From Eledone cirrhosa (taxonomy: Eukaryota), in contig OZ024740.1 of the NCBI GenBank assembly GCA_964016885.1, positions 327,360,001 through 327,424,000 of the forward strand: a stretch of DNA of 64,000 bases. The letters run 5' to 3'. The translations under genes and the position numbers were made by a program. Positions 48,199 through 64,000 of this stretch are shown here, piece by piece; within the stretch, counting starts at the first letter, position 1; every line of letters starts with the position of its first letter. Below the pieces are notes generated by a model. The model searched no databases, was not told the DNA's origin, and was given only the letters and a program-made list of their open reading frames with translations.

Positions 48199-48650
48199 AT
48201 TTCTTATTTCCAAACTTTATTTCTTCCGTCTCAATATTATTTTTATCCATCCAAGCCATTCCAAATTTCAAATATCCCATATACTTCTTGGGTCACCTGC
48301 TGCTTACAATTCTGGCTTAAAGTTTTCTAAAACAACGGAATTAGATGTCAGTGGATCTTTAGCGTAATATTTAATGTACTCTCTTAGCGCTTGAGAAATG
48401 CAGGATTCGATTCCTTGCAAGTGACACGGTCCGCTTTTTCAATCTCCATGGGGTGTTTTATCCGATTTTCTCGGCTGTTGTTTGTAGTGATTGACGATTG
48501 TTAGCGTTATTCGTGTTGGTATGTATGTATAAATATAGATATTCAAAACAACGAACAGCGGAGGACACGTTTCGCACCTTTCCGACAGACAACCCCCCCC
48601 CCCCCGGAAAACCCCCATTTGATGGATGTGAATCCGAAATATATAGGGAC

Positions 48651-51085
<2,435 letters not shown>

Positions 51086-51243
51086 GGTAGACTTAGTCCG
51101 TACTAGTACTTTCATTCCTATGAAATTATTATACCTGATGATTTCATACGAAAGAAACACTTCTAGTACACTAGACGTTATTTTTATATATAAAATAAAG
51201 AAGTTTATACCCTACCAATGTACTGAGTACCTTTTCTTAACCC

Positions 51244-51380
<137 letters not shown>

Positions 51381-54300
51381 GAGAGAGAGGGATGGTTAAG
51401 TCAATATTAATATACTTAATGTAGCGAAGAAGACATTAGTTTAATAATCATGTCTCCCCCACGGCTTTATATGAAATAATCGAATGAGGGATAGATATGT
51501 TCTGAAGTAGATCGTTGACTTAATGGCCAGAGGTTTGTGATAAGTATTTCATTGATAAAAGAATTGTAGTTTGATAGAACATTTCATCTTGTTCAAATAA
51601 ATAGATATTAGTAATATAATTGTATTGATTCAATTTATTACACCCACTAATACTTACACCTCTAACTTCAATGAACAGATAAAAAATGTGTCTCGTGATC
51701 GATATATATTTATTAATCGCAGGGATTCATAGAGTCAGTGTAATTTTTGTTGCGTTAAGGAGATGAAAGGGAAATCCATTACCACTGGATAGAACGTTCA
51801 ACTATCACATTTTACTTTTCCCGTGGGCGAATGGAGTTATATTGCAAGCCAAAGAATTACTCAGTTTCACGTCGCTACATCTTTTACAACGGTGACCTAT
51901 GTCACTGGGCAATATCTACCTTAGTAGATATTGCGGAGTTTGAGAGTTAAGGGCCTTGGTTAATCATATACAACAGCGTATATGAACTTTTGTCAGTTTA
52001 GCTGTTTGCTGTGTAATTGGTCGGCCATCAATGCATATATTTATGATTAATAAATGGACAGTGAGGTATTAATATATAGTTTCAATCAATCATATTTTAG
52101 TATATAGTAATTATTTTCTGAATATATAAATGTATTTTGCAGTACAGAATAGCATTAAAACAAAACAGAGTTAACTATATGAACTCTATCTCCCTGCTAT
52201 TTATGCTATTCCAAATCGGAAGCTTCCACACGAAGTTCATTGAAATATTTACATACATCAATTAAATCCCCAAAATTGTAATAATTGTACAAATTAAATA
52301 AAATTCGCGAAGAACACAACTAAACAACGATATCAAACGATCGCTGATTCGTGCAGAATGCTATGAAAATAGCAGTAACAAACAGAACGGAAGAAGCACT
52401 CATAACTAATTATCTGAGCTAGTTGCTCAGAATGTGTTATATATGCAAATCGATATATCCGATTTGCGTAGGTCCTTAGTAATACGAAAAAAAAAAGAAA
52501 TAAAAATGGTCATTTACCAACTACATCGAAATAACGTTACTTGAAGACATTAGCTTTGTGTAGCTCATCTAGAGAAAACAAATTAAGTGGAGTCCAACCC
52601 ACTTGTGGTAATATTCAGGAGAGGATGTGAAATCAACTCTGCAATCTCAAGAAAACATGAGATGATCTCATTTACACCGTGGTATATATGACACCTATTT
52701 ACATCTATAACCACTAGTCTTTTAATGGGCTATATATTTTCTGTCACTTCTATCGCTACTGCGTTACAGGGTTCTGCCAGGCTTAAAATGCCCAAGAAAC
52801 GTCTTATAACAATACAACGCCCTACGATTCTATCAGGAGTTACGGGACCATACATACATATTTTCGCTCATTTCTACCGCTGTTACAAATGTTTGTAACA
52901 GCGGTAAAAATGAGCGTTAACAAGTTATCTATATCCACTGTACCGATTCCTGGAACTTCCAAGAAGGACACCACACTTATATCCCCCCCCCCCCTCACAC
53001 ACACACTTTCCCCATTTGTGATTCTCTTCCAAAATCCAAACTAAACGTTTTGCTTAACACTTCCTTCCCAGATTGTAACACTTTGGAATCTCACTCCGTG
53101 CCCACGTTTTCTTTACAGATACCAAACCTCAGAAGATGAAATTAAACGTCAACTGCATTGATGTTACTTGTCTGGAATATGTAATCCTAAACAACTTGGA
53201 ACTAAATAATGATATAAAATCTAGACAACTATTCTGAGTTAAGAGTGGAGTCTCTTGCTTGGTCACAGATATAGTGCAACACAAGTAATATAATACCAAC
53301 GGTGACTTCTTTAAACAACAAACCGTCACCCTGCTGATACGGTGAACTACAAAAGTCCCCAGCATTTAAATACAATTGTTTTAATTCCAATAACATCGAT
53401 TTTGACGCGGACGTAATTAATATAAATGATGAATGGTTATTTTATGGGCTAATTAAACCTGAAATGCAAGGATTTGACATTTCTGGTTCCTCACGCAATG
53501 ATAAAAAAAAATCTGGGTTTTTAGTTAATCAGATATCAACTCATAGCCATGTTGTTGTTGTTGCTGTTTTGTCTAAGAAAATAAGAAATCAGTAGAAAAT
53601 AAAACGAACAGATTAAACACATGACAAGACAAAACAAAAAGAACATTAACATCGAATTAGCGAAATGTAGATATCAAAATTAACCTCGCGCATATAAGCA
53701 TAAATATACGCAGCACTAAACAGATAACATTTTATGTATTTCAAGCCACATTAATGTTCTTCAATGAGCCTCGTAAAAACGAAATGTTTATTCTAGCCTA
53801 GTCTCCCATCAAAAGAATATATTGAATCAAGATAACAACAACAGTGGAAGTCTATGAAAAAATTCGCAAAAGCTACACCAAATAAATAACTACATTTTTT
53901 TTTATTATCGAATCGGCTGTTCGTGACTAACACGAAATAGTGCAAATTCACCTCAAATTAGTTCGTGCAAGATTTTAGCTTTGCTTTATGCACTATTATT
54001 TCGTGTTTCATCGGAAGAAACTTAATAATAATTTGAATATGTTTCAATGTTCAATATAAATGTGTTAGCCATATTTAATGTATATCATGTCAGGTAAACG
54101 TAAAGTGGTAGTATTCTAAAAATGTGACGTTTGTATACTGGTATGGTATAGCTTTGGCTGAGATGATATATACAATGTAGAATACTGTACATCATAGATC
54201 CATTAAGAAATAAATTTAAAGGTCTAGATATGGGACTGTGAACAGATGCTGGCCTTTCTATCATGTACAAACCAAATGGCCACTCTATAGGTAGAAATTT

Positions 54301-55176
54301 GAAAAGAATATATTACGAGGTTTGGCCCAAATATTACAAGTACCACCACCAATCTTAGTACATTTAATTTTCTAATCGTTACACCTAGACACTGGTAAAT
54401 ACCAATCATAAAGAACGAATGAGAAGCTAATGCACATTAAAAAAAGACACCAATCACTCCTATCTACTACTATCTACTACTATATTTACCAATATAGGTA
54501 AAACAGTATCTAACATATACTCAAATAAATCACCTTTTTATAAAAGCCTACAATTTACAATAATTTATTAGAAGTAAGTTTCTAAAAAGATCAAGTTCTT
54601 ACCGAAGTGTGAGCAGCAGCGCAGCATCTAATTGGACACATCTTTCAGTAGAAATGTAGCAACTAATGAGGCTAGGAACTTTTTAACGTGTACGCAGAAA
54701 TCATTCGCCAGTCAACCATAACCACCATTAAATACTTTGCAAACAAGAACATAAAAAAATACTTACTTGTCTACCCAGTTATATGATGAGCAAACTCTGA
54801 TCGTTAAACGAAAGCAAAGTCATGGAGGTCGGATGCAATTACAGAGGCAAGGAAATGTGTCAAATTAATGTCGAATTCTTCAGTGAAACAGTTATATGCA
54901 GATGTAAAGTAACACTTTACATGGGCAGCAGAAAATGTGCGATGGCAGTTTTAAATCCATGCTTTCAATCAAATGTCCGTCATCGAAAGGCCAGAGGTTT
55001 TACAAAATATGTATGGAGACTGGCGAATCTATTTATGAGTCTATTTACTACCGAACTGTGTTAATATATGATGGTACTTGAAAAAATATATCGATATATT
55101 CTGTAGCATTAAACAGAATATCTTTATAAATGAAATTTAAATATTTTGGTTATATATATAAATATACATATACACG

Positions 55177-55279
<103 letters not shown>

Positions 55280-56561
55280 GGGGGGGGGGTGAGTGTGTCA
55301 GTGTATGTGTTTATGTAAGGGTAGAGGTGTGTGTAAATATATGTATATAGGTTGTATCAACAATGCAACACCTTTCTGATCCATAACCAATATACAGCAG
55401 CAATAAAAATATATACACGCTATGTCTTACAACCCTTAATGACAATGTATTAAGCAGGAATCAATAACATGTTAAACGTTGCATCATAAAAGGTTTGACT
55501 CACTCAACAAAGGTAGAAAATAATTCAGTTTTCATCAGTTCCTAAACTTCTACAAAGTTCAAATATATCCAACATTAGAGAACTATTCACAATATCCTGA
55601 ACGATGCAGATTCCTCAGATAACTATTCAAGACAAAAAAACCTATGATGGGGCGGTAATGTATTTGCTTCGACCTGCTAGAAATAGCAGCGAAATCTTGT
55701 TTTAGATGTCTGGAAACCTTTAGTCAGAAAGAAATCAAAACTGTTTTTAACTTACAAAATCTAACTTTGCTTAAAGTAACATAATGAGAAGGATAAAGAT
55801 AGTGTTATAGCCATGAATTTGAGAACACGACAGATTTAATGACTCAGGCTTAGGCTATCGTGACAAGTTTATTAATTAATCTAGCAATTTCGAGCCATGC
55901 TTGGAGAAAGACGAACTTCAGTAGACTAATTTAACCCTTGATACGCTACAAGGAGACAATGTTTTTCACGGACAAACGAGGAAGCCTCTACGTAGCAGCT
56001 TAAACTAATTTCTTCTTATCATAGTTCAAGTTCTGGTATTGTCGTGTCGTCGGGGAATCCTGAGCTCTCGTCAAATTACACCCCACTGTCTTAAAAAATA
56101 AAAAGATGGATGGTCCCAATTGGAATGTTTTTGATAATAGGTTTGCTTGAACATAGCTGACTATAGCTTATCAAGTAGTATTGTATTCTAGAACAGTATC
56201 AACTAGTATTGTATCCTTGATGTATGACTTCTAATTAATATAATGTGCCATGTTCCTAAGAAATAGCAAGCAATAAACTATCTACATCCACCTATGCAGC
56301 TGTGTCTTATTTTGTCGCTATCTCTACTGTGTAGCCCAGGGCACAAACAACTTACAACACTCGGGCCGCATACAACACTTATGTCTTTTCTATGGCTTCA
56401 GGTATTATATCATGGTTACATAAAAACAACATTTTACTAAAAATGTGTAACAAATTTTATACCCAACAATTCGTCCGTTTCTCTCGAGATATCAAATATG
56501 AATTCTACACCTTAACTAAAAGCTCTTCTTGAGTAGATTTATTCATATCACTCGTTAGTTA

Positions 56562-57925
56562 TGATACATTATTTATAGCAGATAGGGTCTATTTGTCCAC
56601 AGACTAACCACTTCAACAGAGTGGACTTCAAATGAATTGCACAAACTGTTCAAGAATACAATACCACATTCTCCACAGGTGGAGAAACAATGAATACGAG
56701 AAAGTCACATATCGAGTTTTTGTGGTGGGTGGATTCTCTTGTAGATCTGTAAAACAGTTGCACAGGCAATGTCGAACTGGTAGTGTTTTGGTAGATTGTG
56801 GTGAAGCATGTATAGGTGAATCTGGAATTTTACTCGACACATGTTATTCTAGAATCGAAAGTCGTTCAGGTTTCGGGAGATTTGAAGTGGCTGATAGAAT
56901 TGAATCAGAAGGCATACAGGACAAGCCCATGTTGTCGTTAACTTCTCCACGGGGGGCAAGTTCTCTTAGACAGACATTATTTTCTGGAGGATTACTTTCT
57001 ATCAAATCTACTTGTGAAAGGACGGAGTTGAGAGGATTGATCACTGATGACGAAGTAATGTCAGAACAGAGTATAGCAAATGGAAACCTAGAATACACAT
57101 CCACAACCGTCAGTATCTACTTATTCGTTGTGCTGTATAGATGAGGACACCTGAAGTCGATTCTAAACTGTTCAAATGGTTGTGGAGCTTTAACTAAATG
57201 AACATCATTATCAGACATAAGGGCGGTGAATTGGCAGTATTGGTAGAGGGTCAGACATGCTTTCCAGCGTAGTTACGTCCCTTTACGATCTGAGTTCAAA
57301 TGCCGCCGAGGTTAACTTTGCCTTTCATTCTTACAGGGTCGATAAAATAAAATACCAGTAATACACTGGGTAATTGTTGGCCTTGTGCCAAAAGTAGAAA
57401 CAATTATCAGACATAAAGAATCTTGGTTTACATTGAGAACAAAGTTTGCATGATGTCACAACAGATCGAACATCTTCAATGGATGCAAGGATGTTTTACA
57501 TCTTGACATAGTGATGAATACGTGATATACCTGGGTGGCACAGAGTATTGTGAAGCTGCGCCACATTATCACTATATATCCCAGGCCTTAGTAAAATGTT
57601 CTTAGCACCTGGTCTATATCGTATGTCAAATTGAATGATGATAACTCTAATCTTCATCTCAGAATTTTGTTACTTTTGATTTTCTTTGCTTCACATTGAC
57701 TGGATGTGGCAGATCTGGAAGAAGTTGATGGTGATCCCGATCAGGACGAAATTTGTTGTGCGAGATTTCATTGCCCAAAAGTTTAATAGTTGGACATGAT
57801 ATGATACATTATTTATAGTAAATGGATACTATTTATCTACAACTGCTATTTGTGTACAGACGAACCACTTCAACAGAGCAGGCGTTAAATGAATTACACT
57901 AACTGTTCAAGAACACAATATCACA
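56562..57925 (-). mobile_element. Internally deleted Gypsy LTR retrotransposon with short LTRs (56562-56668, 57802-57925)
   Basis: Diverged direct repeats with TG..CA ends on the minus strand. Between them, in order: IKLLGNEISHNKFRPD (RT end), KIKSNKILR*RLELSS..DIRYRPGAKN (RNase H end), HPG..CKLCSQCKP (integrase Zn finger), PFEQFRIDF..ILTVVDVYSRFPFA (integrase core), LRELAP. Confidence 0.82.
57221..57405 (+). mobile_element. tRNA-derived SINE with 14-bp TSD, nested in the Gypsy integrase
   Basis: attatcagacataa occurs at 57207-57220 and 57403-57416. Confidence 0.94.
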
Positions 57926-57934
57926 TTATCTAAG

Positions 57935-60080
<2,146 letters not shown>

Positions 60081-60310
60081 TTGTATAGCAAACCATGTCA
60101 CTCTTCTTTCTTGAATTATTATTACTCCAAGTATAAACTACATAGAAATCACCGCGAACTCGCAGCATCACTATGGAAACGTCTTGTTGAGTCAAACTAA
60201 GCCACACGTTAATACCATCCACTACACAGATTACTCTAACTGGACTAGATCTAAGTGGACTGCCTATAACGAAAACCTGTTATCTCGTATATATATATAT
60301 ATACATTTTA

Positions 60311-60430
60311 TCATTACTATTGTATGGGGTCTGACGAGCCGTGGATTACAGAGTCGGGCTAGATCGATACAGACCGAATCTTGAGCTGATCAGTGGCGAA
60401 ACACGCGTCACCAACCAATAAGCGTAATGA
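60311..60430 (+). ncRNA. Type I hammerhead ribozyme with canonical core and GUC cleavage triplet
   Basis: GGU-CUGACGA-GCCG...UGGC-GAAA-C-ACGC-G-UC/ACC. Stem I is extended by UAUUG:CAAUA and UCAUUAC:GUAAUGA. Predicted cleavage after 60409. Confidence 0.82.
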
Positions 60431-60504
60431 AGAAGTAACCAATCGTCCTTGTATTATTTTACGATATATATATATATATATATACCTACAAACCTAACTA
60501 CATA

Positions 60505-60825
60505 AAAGGTGGGTGAATGTGGCAAGGATGGCCCGAGTGGTTGGGCCTTCTCTCTACATAAACCTGTAGGTTGAGGAAAAAGAGGAAGAGAGGAAGGGAG
60601 CGCTCACTCTTCGTGCTCCTGGAGATGAGGGTTGTACATTTTTTCGGGGTGTGTACAACCCATGTGTAACGCCTCCCCCCTATTGGGGATTTCGATTGTT
60701 AAATTTAATATTATTGTTATTAATTCTTTTTTTTCACGCCTGTATGTAAACTCCCCACTATATGTATTTGTAATTGTCCCCATCTTTTTGCGCCCTTGTG
60801 GCAAATAAAGAAATATATCTATCTA
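60505..60825 (+). mobile_element. Tx1-clade LINE extreme 3' fragment
   Basis: RWVNVARMA end, then a 3'UTR ending cgcccttgtggcaaataaagaaa plus (TATC). Paralogous to 61360-61625. Confidence 0.75.
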
Positions 60826-60837
60826 TCTCTCTATATA

Positions 60838-61625
60838 GGGGATCGAGGAAGACGAACTGACCAGTCTGTTCGGGAGGACTTTCCGTCCAGGGCCTATGGA
60901 TAACTTCCAGAGGTCTCTGGCCTGGCAGTGCTACTGAGGAGCTCTACCAGTTCGAGACAAAATCTACAGGCACGGACGCCCTGGCAGGGATCCTGCCAAA
61001 AGGACCTGTCCAAGATGCGAGCAGGATATCAAAACCGTTCTGCACGCAACTGTTCAGTGCCCAGGGGTGACCGACCTGTGGAATTATGTCGAACAGCTAC
61101 TGTCACGTGTGGGACGCATCCAGTTGTCAGCCGAGTCCATCGTGAGGATCACCCCGCTGCCCTGATTTAAGAATGAAGGAGAGGCGGTCATCCTGTGTCT
61201 GGTGACTATGGCGAAAGAGGTAATATGGTGGACGAGGTTAAAAGGACTGAGGGCAAGTACCTTTCTCTCTGGACAACAACTCATTCCCTTCTTAAGTACC
61301 ACTTCAGAAGGAAGGTGAGAGTGGAGAGAGAGGTGCTACACCCCAGTAAATTCGCTGAACGGTGGGTGAATGTGGCGAAAATGGCCCTTCTCTGTATATA
61401 AACCTGTAGGTTGAGGAAGATAAAGAGAGGGAAGACGGGAACACCTACAAAACGTATTCCTGGATGTTGAAGGTTGTTCTATTCACGGGGTGTAAAACGG
61501 GGTGTTTTATTTTTATACAGTTTATTGTTATTTATCATTGTTAAAGATTTTATGTAAAACCCCCGCCGTCATGTCTTGTAATGTCCCATTTTTGTACGCC
61601 CATGTGGCAAATAAAGAAAGATATC
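60838..61625 (+). mobile_element. Tx1/L1-clade LINE, 5'-truncated
   Basis: MDNFQRSLAWQCY*GALPVRDKIYRHG..CPRCEQDIKTVLHATVQCP (zf-RVT)..MAKEVIWWTR..ERWVNVAKM. The 3'UTR has AATAAA and a TATC tail. Confidence 0.85.
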
Positions 61626-61699
61626 TATCTATATTTCTATATACATGCATATATATATATATATTTATATATAGAGATAGATAAATATACACGGGTGTG

Positions 61700-64000
61700 T
61701 ATGATTGTGTATAGAAGATTATATTAATAAGAGGAATTCCAACTTTGTCTGATTTACTCGTTTTATTTACAATCCTTTAAAATTTATAATGGTATTATAA
61801 TGAAATAGTATGCTAGAATATTAAATGTTAAGTGTTAATTGAACAAGTACTTTCATGCTTTCGTAATCTTCAGGTTCATAATATGTGGTGACAGTCAAGT
61901 TTGCAATTTTCAACTGTAATGAGATGGGTAAATGTTGTACCTTATATACAGTGAAAAGTGGCTCCAGAATGCTAAATCTTGCAAACTGTATTTCGACCAA
62001 TGGGTGTGTAGTTTCACTGAATTACTAAAGCTGATTGGTTTAGGCGTCACGGTTGGTTGAGCATGTCTAACGACCACTAATTGATCCTATCCAAAGCATC
62101 AATTGTTTTGCTATTTTTAGAAATGATGAAAATAGCATTTTCTAGTAATCATCACCATCAACACCACTCTTATTATTATTATTATTGTTGTTGTTGTTGT
62201 TAGTGGTCGTAGTCGACATGGTCGTAGTCATAGTCATAGTAGAAGTAATACCCCTAAGCATTATTATTGTTCATTTAGCTTGGGTTTGAATTTATCAATA
62301 AAATTCTTTTCTTTGATTTTTCTCTTGATTTCACTTGGGCTGTGTAATTTGTAGAATGGGAATATCATAAATATTCCCTGACCACATGTTGCTAGATGGT
62401 TACTTAGGGGTATCTGACGGACATTTGGGTCTCTGATTTGCTGACGGTGCACGTTCCGATAGTGCATTTCTAGTTTGACCGACATATAGTTCTTCACAAT
62501 TCGGGCATTTAATGCAGTAAATTAGATTTCTGCTTTTGCAGTTCATATTTGCATTTGGGAATATTTTTCCAGTTTTTGTTTTCATATATTGACCGGCGTG
62601 TATGGATTGACATGTGCCGCATCGACTATCATTGCATTTAGCTACAGTGAATGATTGGTCTTTGTTGTTAAGGTCAAACTTTGCTTTTGTTAGTAATTGC
62701 TTCAAATTTTTCGGCTGTCTTTTACTAAGAGTCAAAGATCGATCTGTGATTAAGCCTTTTAATTCATTACTTTGAGCAATGATCGGTAGGTTTTCTTTGG
62801 CAGTGTTGAAGATATTCTGGTGACATGGGTTGTGTGTCATTATAAATGGTATGACCAGTTCTTGGTTTCTTCTTCCTTGGGTGGTCCTAAGTTGTTGTAT
62901 AGGTATTTTTATAGCCCGCTGTATGCCATTTTCTATAAGTAGAGATGGGTATTTTTGTTTGAGCAAAAATTCTCTTAGTTCTGTTAGGCTTTTGTACCTG
63001 GTATTCGTATCTTCTACAATGGTACAAATTCTTCTGGCTAGGCAGTATGGGATGTTGGGTTTTGTATGAGGTGGATGGCACGACTTAAAATTCAGATATT
63101 GATGGGTGTCTGTGTGTTTATAATATATATCCGTGGTAATGGTGATGTCGTTTTTGATTATCATTAAATCTAGGAAGGGTAATTTGGTCCTACTCATCTT
63201 TTTTGTGAATTGGAGAGATGGGTGTAGGTTATTCAGGAGGATATTGAACTCATCCAGAGTATCTAGAGATTCTGTCCAGATGATGAAACAGTCGTCAAGG
63301 TATCTCTTCCAAGATATTTCAATGTACTTTCTAAAGTCAGTACTATATTTTTCCTCTATTTCTTGGTAGAGTTGTTGTTCTAAGTATCCCATTACAGAGG
63401 TCGCGTAAACGGGAGCAAACTTCGTTCACATCGCTGTGCCTCTAATTTGGATGTAATTCTTTCCATTGAAGAAGAAAGTGTTGTTTTCCAGAATAAGTTT
63501 AACTGCGTCTAATATAAATGGCGCTGTGAATCTGATGGGAATCACTTCTCTATGTTTTTCCACCCAGTATTTAACCGCCTTTATTCCTAAATCATGTGTA
63601 ATGTTGGTGTAAAGGCTTACCACATCAAAACTGAGTTGAAGTGAATTCGTTTCCGTGGTTTTGGGAAGAAGGGACATGAAGTCGATATCATCCCGGATGA
63701 AACTGGGTATGTGAATACATAGTGGTTTCAAAATAATGTCAACAAAATTGCTTAGACAGTGGGTGGGGCATGTTGGACCAGCTATAATAGGTCTAAGTTT
63801 TAAGTCTTTTGGGTGTAGTAATTTAATGTACTCACTGTTTAGTTCTCTTACTGCCAGTTGTATTTCTTTTGACTTATGAACTTTCGGTAGGCCATGCAGA
63901 TTGCTGGGTTTTGGCTCAAAATTGGTGATGTAGTCTCTTTCCTTATCAGTAAATGAGTTGTGGTATTTTGAAGCCAGGTTGTTGATCTTCTTCATGATGT
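61700..64000 (-). mobile_element. Penelope-like retroelement (RT plus GIY-YIG), lightly mutated, continues beyond window
   Basis: LHGLPKVHK..LRPII..SFDVVSLYTNI..GTAM*TKFAP (in-frame stop at 63426-63428)..RYLDD..LPFLD..SCHP..CGTC..LIYCIKCPNCEELYVGQT. Frameshift near 62455 into HRQQIR..NH..E..I..LN. Hammerhead in the 3' region. Confidence 0.95.
61840..61878 (-). ncRNA. Minimal hammerhead ribozyme in the PLE 3' pLTR
   Basis: UGAAC-CUGAAGA-UUAC-GAAA-GCAU-GAAA-GUAC-UU/GUUCA. Stem I is a perfect 5 bp, loop III is the palindrome GUAC, and stem II has a mismatch. Confidence 0.75.

Noticed and set aside
56632-57144. 170-aa plus-strand ORF
   Set aside because: It is the antisense shadow of the Gypsy integrase remnant.

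Overview
Eukaryotic, AT-rich, repeat-dominated DNA with no host protein-coding exon that I can support. The tRNA-derived SINE family and the very long (TA)n/(CA)n tracts suggest a cephalopod, probably octopus (inference). Most long ORFs in the track are microsatellite read-through. The real coding remnants all belong to transposable elements: Tc1/mariner, an R4/Dong-type RLE LINE, CRE-, Tx1-, RTE- and CR1/jockey-type LINE fragments, a deleted Gypsy element, and three Penelope-like element (PLE) remnants. The main finding is a 14-copy, nearly homogeneous 310-bp tandem array (911-5264) inside (TA)n. Each unit carries a minus-strand minimal type I hammerhead ribozyme (CUGAUGA...GAAA-CGCG-UA, long stem I) in a highly self-complementary monomer, which is the architecture of a non-LTR retrozyme that could produce circular RNAs. 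One unit carries the classic inactivating G5A change. At least six further hammerhead loci (6981, 9526, 43067/43663, 58132, 60311, 61840) and three degenerate ones occur, mostly in PLE pseudo-LTR contexts next to TA microsatellites. Three large inverted-repeat structures are also present. All RNA folds were derived by eye and none is shown to be expressed or active.
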